The notes: a model not told the origin generated them from the letters alone. A DNA stretch of 64,000 bases from an uncultured Coriobacteriia bacterium (GCA_963701985.1 OY969691.1:191629-255628), one strand, 5' to 3'. Shown: positions 37,297 through 47,214, counted from the stretch's first letter. Translations and numbers: made by a program.

Positions 37297-37464
37297 ATGG
37301 CGAAGAACGCGTACATGGTGATCTACTTCCTGGTCATGATCGGCATCATCGTCGGCGCTGACGTTCTGTTCCTCCGGAATCACTTCGTGGCGCGGCTGAT
37401 CGTGAATGTCGCCATCGTCGCGCTGTTCGCCGCCGTCTACTTCGTCTTCCTGAAGAACCTGTGA
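37297..37464 (+). CDS. Small two-TM membrane protein
   Basis: MAKNAYMVIYFLVMIGIIVGADVLFLRNHFVARLIVNVAIVALFAAVYFVFLKNL. Its codon usage is noticeably more AT-rich than that of its neighbours. Start inferred inside ORF 37264..37464. Confidence 0.4.
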   Translation: MAKNAYMVIYFLVMIGIIVGADVLFLRNHFVARLIVNVAIVALFAAVYFVFLKNL

Positions 37465-37509
37465 GCCGGATCGCCGGACGCCGGGCGACCTGACGGGACG
37501 GGTGCGATC

Positions 37510-38022
37510 GTGATCCTCCCCAAAGAGCGCGACCCGCGCTTCATCACCATCCGCCGTGGAGGGACGCTCACGGACGCGAACCATCGGCTCCTGGCTTCGT
37601 GGGCGGCGGCGTGCGCGGAGCACGTCCTGCACCTCTTCGAGTCGGTACAGCCCTCGGACCCGCGGCCCCGCCGGACGATCGCGAGCACTCGGGCGTGGGT
37701 GCGCGGCGAGATGACGATGTCTCAGGCCCGCGCGGCGGCCGGTGCCAACGCCGCGGCGCGAGAGCTGACCGGAGCCGCTCGGTTCGCCGCATACGCCGCC
37801 GGGCAGGCGGTCGCGGTGACGCATGTCCCCGCGCACGAGCTCGGTGCCGCGGCCTACGCGATCAAGGCTGTGCGCGCAGCCGCACCCGATGGCGAGAGCG
37901 AGAGCGCCGGCCGGAGCGAGTGCCGTTGGCAGCGCGAACAGCTTCCCGATGAGATCCGCGCGCTGGTGCTGGACGACGAACGGTTGCGGAACGGGATCTG
38001 CTGGTCGGCGTTCGACTGCTGA
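37510..38022 (+). CDS. Conserved hypothetical protein (possibly immunity-protein-like)
   Basis: 170 aa. RFITIRRGGTLTD...WAAACAEHVL...AHELGAAAYAIKAVRAA...CWSAFDC. I recall close homologues in actinomycetes annotated as hypothetical or immunity-like. The function is not established. Confidence 0.55.
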   Translation: MILPKERDPRFITIRRGGTLTDANHRLLASWAAACAEHVLHLFESVQPSDPRPRRTIASTRAWVRGEMTMSQARAAAGANAAARELTGAARFAAYAAGQAVAVTHVPAHELGAAAYAIKAVRAAAPDGESESAGRSECRWQREQLPDEIRALVLDDERLRNGICWSAFDC

Positions 38023-38063
38023 GGTGCGTCACGGCTCGTCCGTGCCGCGCACCCGGGCAGCCG

Positions 38064-38567
38064 TCAGCCGGTTCGCAGCCGCCGCTGCGTCCTCTTCCAC
38101 ACCCGCCTGAGGATGACCTGTGTGGCGAGGTTCAACCACCACAGCGAAGAGACGGCGTACTCGTGGATCTCCGCGATCTTGCCGTCCTGGAACCGGTAGA
38201 CGTTGCAGTGCCGCATCTCGGTGACGCCGGCCCTCTTGCCCAGGCCGGGGATCCTCTTGCCGAACGAGAACGCGTGGGCGTACTCGACGCAGAGCCTGCC
38301 GGCGCCCCAGAACGAGTCGGTGAGCGTCACGCTCGTCCCCGCGGCGGCGCCTTCCGTCCGGGCTGGCGGCGTGCCCCGCATCGCGAGCGCGACCTCGATG
38401 AACGTGTGGATCTCATCGATGCCGCGGTATCGCATGTCCCCGGGGTTGATGACCCAGACGCAATCGTCGGTCAGGTGTCGCAGCATCCGCCCCGGGTTCT
38501 CGCTGTCGTTCGTGAGTATGTCGATCACCTCGCGAGCGAGCGCTTCATCGGCGATCTCGGCAGTCAT
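38064..38567 (-). CDS. SnoaL-like / NTF2-superfamily protein with a C-terminal hydrophobic helix
   Basis: ATG at 38567 (- strand) is preceded by GAGGAGG, inside track ORF 38064..38819. MTAEIADEALAREVIDILTND...DDCVWVINPGDMRYRGIDEIHTFIE... This is the only minus-strand gene in the central region. Confidence 0.65.
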   Translation of the reverse strand: MTAEIADEALAREVIDILTNDSENPGRMLRHLTDDCVWVINPGDMRYRGIDEIHTFIEVALAMRGTPPARTEGAAAGTSVTLTDSFWGAGRLCVEYAHAFSFGKRIPGLGKRAGVTEMRHCNVYRFQDGKIAEIHEYAVSSLWWLNLATQVILRRVWKRTQRRLRTG

Positions 38568-38735
38568 TCGCGGCCTCCTCGGCCTCGAGTCTCGGCAGGC
38601 TGGCGCCAGGTCATCATGGGGCTTCCGCGGGGTGCCGTCGACCCGACCCCGATGTGGCGACGCACGGCTTCTGAACTGCGACGATGCAAACGGGGACGCT
38701 CTTGTGGTACCCTTCTGCAGGCCCGCGGGTGATGT

Positions 38736-38752
38736 TTCGATACCCCTTGGGT
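38736..38752 (+). repeat. Imperfect direct repeat of the tRNA-Ala 3' half (candidate distal island junction)
   Basis: ttcgatAccccttggGt compares with tRNA 28701-28717 ttcgatCccccttggCt, 15/17 identical in the same orientation. tcca follows 3 nt later. Confidence 0.45.
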
Positions 38753-38871
38753 TGTTCCATAGACGGACCTTTCGCGGAGGTCGGACCGCTCCGGCCCCGT
38801 TCTCGCTGACGATCAGCACGATCGAGCACGATCAGCCGACACGAGGTAGGTGACGCGCGCTGAAGACTCAC

Positions 38872-39930
38872 ATGCGGCCGATCGCGGCCACGCTCCTTGC
38901 GCTCGCTCTGCTCTTCTCCACTTGCTCGCCCACGTTCGCCGACACACTCGCGGCCAAGCGTGCGCAGGCGGCTCAGGTCGAGGCGCAGGTCGCGCAACTC
39001 AACAACAAGGCTGAGCTGGCGACCGAGGCGTACGACGCCGCCACCAGCAAGTACCAGGCGCTGACGGTCAAGGTCGACGCCCTGCGTGCCAGGATCGCCG
39101 CGCTGCAGTCGCGCACCGACACGCTGCAGACGGCGCTCGACACGCGCGCCGACGACATGTACCGCAACAACGACGCGATGGACGTCATCGCGGCCTTGCT
39201 CAGCGCGCACAGCCTCCAGGATCTGCAGACGGACATCGAGATGCTCACTCGCCTGAGCGAGCAGGACGCCTCGACCGTCGACCAGCTGAAGGAAGCGAAG
39301 GCGGAGGCTTCGAAGGCGCGCGACGCGCTCCAGGTCACGCAGGCCTCGGCCCGCACCGAGCAGTTGGCGCGAGCCGCCAGCGCGAAGACCGTGCGCGCCC
39401 AGCTGGCGGCGCAGACGACGCTGCTCGCCGGCATCAACTCTCAGATAAAGAACCTCATCGCCCAGCAGCAGGCGGCGGCCGCGGAGGCCGCGCGTGCGCG
39501 ATATGACGCATGGTTGTCCTCGAGGACACCGGCCGCGCCGGCCTCCGACATCGGCGGCGGTGATCCGCCCACGAGTTCGAAGGGCGCGGCGGCGGTGTAC
39601 TGGGCGAAGACCGCGCTCGGCCGGCCGTATCAGTGGGGCGCCGCCGGGCCGGACAGCTTCGATTGCAGCGGACTGTGCATGTGGGCGTACGCGCACGTGG
39701 GCATATCGCTCCCGCATTACTCCGGCGCGCAGTACGACTCGGGCCCGCACGTGGCGCTGTCGAACTTGGAGCCCGGCGACCTCGTCTTCTTCGGGAATCC
39801 CATCCACCACGTGGGGATGTACATCGGCGGCGGTGAGTTCATCGAGGCGCCGTACACGGGAGCGGACGTACGTATCTCCGAACTCGCTGGACGCATGGGA
39901 GACTACGCCGGCGCCACACGGCCTCAGTAG
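38872..39930 (+). CDS. Secreted NlpC/P60 (C40) peptidoglycan endopeptidase with an N-terminal coiled-coil domain
   Basis: A signal peptide and a long coiled coil are followed by the C-terminal PYQWGAAGPDSFDCSGLCMWAY...GDLVFFGNPIHHVGMYIGGGEFIEAP (Cys-His catalytic pair). Confidence 0.9.
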   Translation: MRPIAATLLALALLFSTCSPTFADTLAAKRAQAAQVEAQVAQLNNKAELATEAYDAATSKYQALTVKVDALRARIAALQSRTDTLQTALDTRADDMYRNNDAMDVIAALLSAHSLQDLQTDIEMLTRLSEQDASTVDQLKEAKAEASKARDALQVTQASARTEQLARAASAKTVRAQLAAQTTLLAGINSQIKNLIAQQQAAAAEAARARYDAWLSSRTPAAPASDIGGGDPPTSSKGAAAVYWAKTALGRPYQWGAAGPDSFDCSGLCMWAYAHVGISLPHYSGAQYDSGPHVALSNLEPGDLVFFGNPIHHVGMYIGGGEFIEAPYTGADVRISELAGRMGDYAGATRPQ

Positions 39931-39956
39931 GCCGGCTCCGGCGGGCGGGGACGGGG

Positions 39957-41177
39957 GTGCCGGTGGGAGCGAGGCGTTCGATCGCTTGGCTCGCGGCGTG
40001 CGCGGTCGCCGTCGCGGCGACCCTGTCGCTCGCCGCGCCCGCGAGTGGGGCGCCGAGCGTCGCCAGCATCAGCCGCTCGATCGCGAGCAAGCAGGCTGAG
40101 GCGGCGAGCGCGTCCGCTCAGCTCACCACGATGCAGTCGCAGCTCACCAGCGCGCTCGCGCAGTTCGACGACGTCAGTCTGCAGCTGAACGCGGCGCGCA
40201 ACGACCTGGCCTCCACGACGAGCCAGTTGAGCACGCTCGACGGTGAGATCGCCGCCCGCTCCCTGATCCTCGACGACCGTGCGGTGGCGATGTACAAGAC
40301 GGGCAACTACGACGTCTTGCAGGCACTGCTCTCTGTGAGCTCGTTCCAGGAACTGCTCACCCGCGTCGACATGCTCGCGTTCATCCAGAAGTCCGACTCC
40401 GACCTGCTCGACGGCCTCGCCACGGCGCGCGAACAGGCGGCCTTCCTGCAGCAGCAGCAGAGCCAGCGCGAGGCCGATCTCGTGGTGCTGCGCCAGCAGG
40501 CGGACGCGCGCAGCGCGGCCGTCGATGCGGCGGTCGCCCGGCAGAGCGCGCTCTTGAAGTCCCTGTCGAGCGACGTCGCGCGCCTCGTGAAGCAGCGTCA
40601 GGCCGCGCAGGCCGCCGAGATCGCCAACGTGCCCGGCGTCCCGTCGAACTTCCAGGCGGACACCCTCGTCTCCGACGCGACGTTCCTCGACGCATCCTCC
40701 ATGTCCGCGGCTCAGGTTCAAGCGTTCCTGAACGCGCAGGCCGGGCCTCTCAAGTCCTATTCGGGTCCGGACCATTCAGGGGCGACCCGGACGGCGGCGC
40801 AGATGATCGCCGACGCGGCGGTGGCGTGGCACATCAACCCCAAGGTGATCCTGGTGACGCTGGAGAAGGAGCAGTCGCTGCTGTCCAGCTCGGGCACGGG
40901 CCAGACGGCCCTCGACTGGGCGATGGGCTGCGGGAAGACGGACTCCGGCACGCTGTATCAGTACCAGGGGTTCGGGAACCAGATCTGGGGCGGCGCGGAG
41001 ATACTCGAAGAGAACCGCTCATTCTGGAGCCCCGGGATATCCATCGACATCGACGGCAAGGCGGTCTACCCGTCGAACGCGTCGACGCAGTCGTTGTACC
41101 GCTACACGCCGCACTTCCACGGCGCCGTGTCCTTCTTCAAGCTGTTCTGGCGCTACTTCGGCGATCCGCTGAAGTAG
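39957..41177 (+). CDS. Secreted coiled-coil protein (N-terminus paralogous to the NlpC/P60 N-terminus) with a C-terminal domain of unknown function
   Basis: A signal peptide is followed by a coiled coil with the same architecture (..DDRAVAMYKTGNYDVLQALLSVSSFQELLTRVDML.. versus ..ADDMYRNNDAMDVIAALLSAHSLQDLQTDIEML..). The ~170-aa C-terminal domain is not recognised. Confidence 0.6.
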   Translation: MPVGARRSIAWLAACAVAVAATLSLAAPASGAPSVASISRSIASKQAEAASASAQLTTMQSQLTSALAQFDDVSLQLNAARNDLASTTSQLSTLDGEIAARSLILDDRAVAMYKTGNYDVLQALLSVSSFQELLTRVDMLAFIQKSDSDLLDGLATAREQAAFLQQQQSQREADLVVLRQQADARSAAVDAAVARQSALLKSLSSDVARLVKQRQAAQAAEIANVPGVPSNFQADTLVSDATFLDASSMSAAQVQAFLNAQAGPLKSYSGPDHSGATRTAAQMIADAAVAWHINPKVILVTLEKEQSLLSSSGTGQTALDWAMGCGKTDSGTLYQYQGFGNQIWGGAEILEENRSFWSPGISIDIDGKAVYPSNASTQSLYRYTPHFHGAVSFFKLFWRYFGDPLK

Positions 41178-41264
41178 GGCCGCTCGGGCCGGCAGGGCCT
41201 GTCGGGCCCGCGGCGGGTATTCGCTATCATGCTGCGGATAGACCGCCGGCTCGGAGGGACTCCC

Positions 41265-43823
41265 GTGACGAAGTACGATCCGCACGCCATCGAGGAGAAG
41301 TGGCAGGCCGCCTGGGAGCGCGAAGGCCTCCACCACGTCGACGAGGACCCCTCGCCGCCCCGCAGAAGTACGTCCTCGAGATGTTCCCGTACCCGTCCGG
41401 CGACATCCACATGGGGCACGTCCGCAACTACACGATCGGCGACGTGATCGCCCGCCACGCCGTCATGAGCGGCTTCAACGTGCTGCATCCGATCGGCTGG
41501 GACGCGTTCGGGCTTCCGGCGGAGAACGCCGCCATCAAGAGCGGCACGCATCCCGCGACGTGGACCTACGCGAACATCGAGACGCAGGCCGCGTCGTTCC
41601 GGCGCATGGGCTTCTCCTACGACTGGGACCGCGTGCGTGCGCACGTGCGACGCCGAGTACTACCGCTGGGGCCAGTGGATCTTCCTGAAGATCTGGGAGC
41701 GGGGTCTCGTCGAGCGGAAGTCGTCGCCGGTGAACTGGTGTCCGGGCTGCACGACCGTGCTCGCCAACGAGCAGGTCATCGGCGAGGGCGTGTGCTGGCG
41801 CTGCAAGTCCGTCGTGGAGAAGCGCGAGCTCGAGCAGTGGTTCCTCAAGATCACCGACTACGCGCCAGGAGCTGCTCGACGATCTCGACCAGCTGCCGGG
41901 ATGGCCCGAGCGCGTCAAGGCGATGCAGGCGAACTGGATCGGCCGCAGCGAGGGCGCCGAGGTCGAGCTTCACGCTCTGCGACGAGGCGGGCGAGCCGAC
42001 CGACGAGCGCATCACGGTCTTCACGACGCGCCCCGACACGCTCTTCGGTTGCTCGTTCTTCCTGCTCGCCCCGGAGCACCCGCTGGTCGGCCGGCTGGTG
42101 GCGGGCACGGAGCACGAGACGCGCGGTCGCGGCGATCGTGGCGGTCGCGGCCAAGGAGACGTCGGTCGAGCGGGCGGCGCGGCGACGCGCGAGAAGCACG
42201 GGGCGTTCACCGGCCGCTACGTCGTCAACCCGGTCAACGGCGAGAAGGTGCCGGTGTGGGTCGCCGACTACGTGCTCATGGAGTACGGCACCGGCGCCGT
42301 GATGGCGGTGCCCTCCGGCGACCAGCGCGACTTCGAGTTCGCGCGGAAGTACGGGCTGCCGATACCGCCGGTCGTGCATCGCACGCGGACGACCGTGCTG
42401 CTCGGGACGCTCGGCGGCGTGCGCGAGCGCGTGCATGGACGACGTCGCCGTGGGACCGTGCCTTCGACGGCGACGGCGTCCTGGTGCAGTCGGGCGAGTT
42501 CACCGGGATGCGCGGCGGCAAAGGCTCCGAGGCGCATGCACGCCGTGACCGCCTGGCTCGACGAGCGCGGGCTGGGCCGCGCGACCGTGAACTTCCGGCT
42601 GCGCGACTGGCTGATCTCCCGCCAGCGCTACTGGGGCAACCCGATACCGGCGATCCACTGTCCGGCGTGCGGCCTCGTGCCGGTGCCGAGCGAGCAGCTG
42701 CCGGTCGTGCTGCCGATGGACGTCGACATCACGAAGGGCGAGACGCTCGCCGACCACCCCGAGTTCTACGAGACCACGTGCCCGCGGTGCGGCGGTCCGG
42801 CGCGGCGCGAGACCGACACGATGGACACGTTCAACGATTCGTCGCTGGTACTACCTGCGCTACTGCGACGCGCGCAACGACCGGCGCCGCGTTCGACCCG
42901 GCAAGGTCGACTACTGGATGCCCGTCGGACCAGTACATCGGCGGCATCGAGCACGCGATCCTGCACCTGCTCTACTCGCGCTTCTTCACGAAGGTGCTGC
43001 GCGACGTCGGGCTACTGCGACTTCGACGAGCCGTTCACCAACCTGCTGACGCAGGGGATGGTGAAGCTCGACGGCGCGACGATGAGCAAGTCGCAAGCGG
43101 CAACGTGGTCGCGCCGGAGGACATGATCGCCCGCTACGGCGCGGACGCGCTGCGTGCATACATCCTGTTCATGGCTCCGCCGGACAAGGACCTCGACTGG
43201 TCGCTACGAGGGTCTCGAGGGCATGTGGCGCTTCCTGAACCGCGTGTGGCGGCTCGTGGAGGACGTGGCGGACGAGGCGCGGGGCGCGAGTGACGCCGCG
43301 GCGCGCGGTTCCGGGCGGGCGCGGCGGAGGAGGCGCTGCGGCGCGCGCTGCACGCGTCGATCGCGAAGTGCGGCGACGACATCGGGCGCTTCCAGTTCAA
43401 CACCGCGCTCTCCGCGATCATGGAGCTCACCAACGCGCTCAACGACTACCGGCGCGACGTGCCGGCCGGCTCGACCCGACGCTGATGCGTGACGCAGCGT
43501 CCGACCTCGTGCTGCTGCTCGCGCCGTTCACGCCGCACCTGGCCGAGGAGCTGTGGCGCGAGGTGCTCGGCGGCGAAGGCTCGGTGCACCGGCAGCCGTG
43601 GCCGTCGTACGATCCGGACGCGCTGGTCGCCGAGATGGTCGAGATGGCCGTGCAGGTCAACGGCAAGGTGCGCGACCGCCTCGAGGTCCGCTCTGCCGCC
43701 ACCGAGGACGAGATCGTGGCTGCGGCGCTCGCCCTCCCGAACGTCGTCGCCCACACGGCCGGCAGGGACGTGCGCAAGGTGCTCGTCGTGCCGGGGAAGC
43801 TCGTGAGCATCGTCGCGGCCTGA
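41265..43823 (+). pseudogene. leuS: Leucyl-tRNA synthetase, interrupted by at least 12 frameshifts (probably sequence errors)
   Basis: GTG 41265 follows GGAGGGA. LeuRS segments (VTKYDPHAIEEKWQ; KYVLEMFPYPSGDIHMGHVRNY; [17 protein letters not shown]; [14 protein letters not shown]; [18 protein letters not shown]; [20 protein letters not shown]; ...GKLVSIVAA) are scattered over all three frames in colinear order. Confidence 0.85.
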
Positions 43824-44011
43824 CCGCGCGGCCGGCCGGATGCGGTCGGGATGCCGTTCGGAAGCGGTCGGGATGTCGTCCGCTCGCGGTCGACTCCCGG
43901 ACCGGCGCCCGGCGCACGATCGCCTTGCTCGAAGGAAGCAGCCGCGGCCAGCGCGCTCGGCCGTGATCGTCGCGAACCGGAAGACCCCCTCGCCGGTGTG
44001 AGGGGGTCTTC

Positions 44012-44677
44012 GTGTTCCGCGAGATGCGTGAGTGGGCCGAGGAGCTGTCGTGCCGGCTCGGGCTCGACACATGGAGCCCGGCCGCGCGACGTCTCGGTGC
44101 CGGGATCGCCATCGTCCTGGTGGCGCTGGCGGCCTGGCGTTGGTGCGGGGGAGGCGCGGCCCCGTCGGGCGTCGCGCCGATGCCGGCGGCGGCCGGGACC
44201 AGTGTCGAGGCCACCGGAGCGCGGCCGGCGGGTCCCGGGACGGCGACCGTGGACGTCGTGGGGGCGGTCCGGCATCCGGGCGTGTATCGCCTCACGGCCG
44301 GATCGCGCGTCGACGACGCCGTGAGCGCGGCCGGCGGCATGCTGGGCAGCGCCGACGCCGCGGCCGTGAACCTGGCGCGCGTTCTCAACGACGGCGAGCA
44401 GATCGTCGTGCCGGTGAAGGGAACGGCGGCGACCGGAGCTCAGGCGGCCGGTGCGGCCGCGTCGGGCGGCGCCGCGGCCGGCGGCGTGGTCGATCTCAAC
44501 ACCGCGACGGTCGAGCAGCTGGACGCGCTGCCGGGCGTGGGGCCGGCCACGGCCAAGAAGATCGTCGACGACCGCACCCGCAACGGCCCGTTCCGCACGG
44601 TGGACGACCTGCTACGCGTGCCCGGGATCGGGCCGAAGAAGCTGGACGCGCTGAAGGACCTCGTGACGGCGAGATGA
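44012..44677 (+). CDS. comEA: Competence protein ComEA (SLBB plus helix-hairpin-helix DNA-binding domains)
   Basis: An N-terminal TM helix is followed by VDVVGAVRHPGVYRLTAGSRVDDAV (SLBB) and the C-terminal DLNTATVEQLDALPGVGPATAKKIVDDR...VPGIGPKKL. Confidence 0.85.
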   Translation: MFREMREWAEELSCRLGLDTWSPAARRLGAGIAIVLVALAAWRWCGGGAAPSGVAPMPAAAGTSVEATGARPAGPGTATVDVVGAVRHPGVYRLTAGSRVDDAVSAAGGMLGSADAAAVNLARVLNDGEQIVVPVKGTAATGAQAAGAAASGGAAAGGVVDLNTATVEQLDALPGVGPATAKKIVDDRTRNGPFRTVDDLLRVPGIGPKKLDALKDLVTAR

Positions 44678-47214
44678 GGGCCCTCTCCCGGGTCGCGGCG
44701 GACTCCGCGGTGCCGCGCCCGTCGGTCTCCCCGTTGTTCTGGGCCGGCGTCGCGTGTTGGGCCGGAGGTTGGGTGGGAACGGAAGCCGCGCTGCGCGCGT
44801 GGTGTACGGGGACGCGGAGCGCGGTCGAGGTCGCGTGGGCCGTCGTGGCGACGGCGACGGCCTGCGGGGTGTTCGCGCGCCGCTCGCGACTCCGGCTCCC
44901 GGCCGCGGCGTTCGCCCTGGGCCTGTGCGTGGCGCTCCTGCATGGCGCGTGGGTGACCGCGAGCGCCACGCGGGCGGCCTCGGCTGGCCCGGCCGAGTGG
45001 CGCGCCGTGGTCGCGGCGGACCCGGTGGCGGGCCCGACGGGCGCGACGGTGGCGCTGCGCCTCCGCGACGGTCCCGCGGCGGGCGCCGTGGCGGTCGTCG
45101 GTTGGCCGGCCGGAGAGCCGCTCCCGGAGTACGGGCGGCTCGTGCGCGTTCGGGCGCGGCTGCGCGTCGTGGACGGCTCGAAGCCGTCGGGCCGCGCCGA
45201 GTTCCGGAGCGGCCGTCTCCTGCGCGGCACGCCCTGGCGGGTGGCCGAGGATGGATGGACGCCGGGTCCTCTGGGTCGGGTGGCGTGCTGGCGTGCGGCG
45301 GCTCTGGGCCGTCTTCGGGGGCTGCGTGGGGACGGTCCGGCGCTCGTGGCGTCGATGCTGTTCGGCGATCGAACGCGCACCAGCGGGTCGCCGGTCGAGG
45401 AGGACGCGAAGGCGGCCGGTGTGGCGTGGCTGCTGAACGCGTCCGGGCTGCATCTAGCGGCGCTCCTTCTCCTGGCGGACCGGATCGCGGCGTTCGTCGG
45501 GCTCGGCCGCAGGGGCAGAGCCGGCGCGTCGATCGGCGTCGGGGCGGTCGTGTGCGCGGCGGCGGGAGCCCGGATCGCGCTCGTGCGCGCGGCGCTCGTC
45601 GCGGCCGCGGCCGTCCTGGCGCGACTCGCCGGACGAAGACGCGACGTGACCGCGGCGGTCGGGGTGGCGGTGCTGGTCCTGGTCTGTCTGGACCCGGCGG
45701 CCGCGGAGGACGTCGGCCTGCTGCTGGGCGTCGTCGCGGTGACGGCGATAGCGCTGTTCGGGAGGCTCGCCGCCGAGTGGCTGCGGCCGATCGCCGGACG
45801 GGCGCTCGCGACCGCGATGGCCGCGTCGGTGGTCGCGCAGGTCGCGGTGGCGCCGATCTCCGCGTCGCTCTTCGGGGCGCTGAACGCACTGGCGCCCGCC
45901 TCGCTCGTGGTTTCCGCGCCTCTCGCGGCGACGGCGGTGGGGCTCGGCGCGTCGGGAGCCGTCGCGGGCGGACGGCTCGGCGCGCCACTCACCGCGCTGG
46001 CGTGCATGTTCGCCCAGGGCGCGGCGACCGTGTGGCACGTGGCGGCCGGCCTCCCGGGGGCCGTCGTGCCCGTCGCCTCGGTACCGTGGTGGGCTTGGGC
46101 GGCCTGGGTGACGGTGCCGGCCCTCGCGTGGTGGCGCTGGCCATCACCTCGTCGCGGACCGCGTCTTCGCGCGATCGTCGCGGTCGTCGTGACGCTCGTC
46201 GCGATCCTGGCGCTCATCCCGCGTCCCGCCGGTCCCGAGATCGTCGTGATGGACGTCGGACAGGGCGACTCCATCCTCGTGCGCGACAGCGGCCACGCGA
46301 TGCTCGTGGACACGGGGCCCGACCCGGTGACGCTGCGTCGCGCCCTGTCTCGTAACGGCGTACGCGCGGTGGACGGTGTCGTCCTCACGCACATCCACGC
46401 CGACCACGTCGGAGGCATCTCGGGACTGCGCGGGGTGGTCGCGGAGCCGGCGTGGATCGGTGTGCCCGACGTGGACGATCGCGGGGTCGACCGCTTGGCG
46501 GCCGCGTGCGCCGGCCGCGCGGGGACCGTGATCAGGCTCCGTCGCGGCATGACCTGGCGCGTGGGCGAGACCACGGTACGTGTGCTGTGGCCTCAGGGAG
46601 GTGAGCGGCAGCTCCAGGCCAACGACACGAGCGTGGTGCTCTTGCTCGCGCGGCACGGCGCGGCGGTGGCGCTGCTGCTCGGCGATGCGGAACAGCGCGC
46701 GCAGCTCGGGGCACTCGATGCGTTCTCCGGGAGGGTGCCGATCATGAAGGCCGCGCATCACGGCAGCGTGAACGGCGTCGTGCCGGAGGCGCTGTCCGCA
46801 TGGTGCCCGCGGGTCGTGCTCATCAGCTGCGGCGCCGGCAATCCGTTCGGTCACCCGCACCGGGCCGCGCTGGAGGCGTACGGCCGGATCGGCGCCCAGA
46901 TCCACCGCACGGACCTCGAGGGCGATCTTGTGTGGGCGGTCGACGCGACCGGCGTGTGCGACAATCGCACGGTCCGGACGGGCGCCGCGGGCGCCCCCGT
47001 GGGAAGGGCCGCATGGCCGCGAGCGATCTCAGCGATCTCAAGCCCGTCTACCTCATCTACGGCTCCGAGGAGCTCCTGCTGGAGAACGCGGTCCGTCGGC
47101 TGCGGGACCGTCTGGCCGCGGTGGCGGACCTCGATTTCAACATGGAGACCTTCGACGGCGAGTCGGCCTCCGCCGACGACATCGTCAACGCCGCCAACAC
47201 CATGCCGTTCATGA
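44674..47214 (+). CDS. comEC: Competence protein ComEC/Rec2 (DUF4131, competence and metallo-beta-lactamase domains); 3' end uncertain
   Basis: ATG 44674 overlaps the comEA stop. A polytopic membrane region is followed by the MBL motif VLTHIHADHVGG...AAHHGS. The frame stays open about 200 nt into holA, so the true stop may be lost. Confidence 0.75.
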   Translation: MRALSRVAADSAVPRPSVSPLFWAGVACWAGGWVGTEAALRAWCTGTRSAVEVAWAVVATATACGVFARRSRLRLPAAAFALGLCVALLHGAWVTASATRAASAGPAEWRAVVAADPVAGPTGATVALRLRDGPAAGAVAVVGWPAGEPLPEYGRLVRVRARLRVVDGSKPSGRAEFRSGRLLRGTPWRVAEDGWTPGPLGRVACWRAAALGRLRGLRGDGPALVASMLFGDRTRTSGSPVEEDAKAAGVAWLLNASGLHLAALLLLADRIAAFVGLGRRGRAGASIGVGAVVCAAAGARIALVRAALVAAAAVLARLAGRRRDVTAAVGVAVLVLVCLDPAAAEDVGLLLGVVAVTAIALFGRLAAEWLRPIAGRALATAMAASVVAQVAVAPISASLFGALNALAPASLVVSAPLAATAVGLGASGAVAGGRLGAPLTALACMFAQGAATVWHVAAGLPGAVVPVASVPWWAWAAWVTVPALAWWRWPSPRRGPRLRAIVAVVVTLVAILALIPRPAGPEIVVMDVGQGDSILVRDSGHAMLVDTGPDPVTLRRALSRNGVRAVDGVVLTHIHADHVGGISGLRGVVAEPAWIGVPDVDDRGVDRLAAACAGRAGTVIRLRRGMTWRVGETTVRVLWPQGGERQLQANDTSVVLLLARHGAAVALLLGDAEQRAQLGALDAFSGRVPIMKAAHHGSVNGVVPEALSAWCPRVVLISCGAGNPFGHPHRAALEAYGRIGAQIHRTDLEGDLVWAVDATGVCDNRTVRTGAAGAPVGRAAWPRAISAISSPSTSSTAPRSSCWRTRSVGCGTVWPRWRTSISTWRPSTASRPPPTTSSTPPTPCRS

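Noticed and set aside
38600-38871. c-di-AMP (ydaO-type) riboswitch in the long leader of the NlpC/P60 gene
   Set aside because: The association with actinobacterial cell-wall hydrolases is established. I also see ACGGGGA-like strings, and AACGGGG (about 38688) can pair with CCCCGTT (about 38805). However, I cannot find the two pseudo-symmetric halves with their conserved AAUC and CCGA elements. Part of the region is better explained by the tRNA-derived repeat. A cmsearch with RF00379 would settle it.
41265-43823. Programmed frameshifting or a genuine pseudogene for leuS
   Set aside because: At least 12 frame changes fall in a single-copy essential gene, with no slippery motifs. The same lesion type occurs in a dozen neighbouring essential genes. 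A sequence artefact is the economical explanation.
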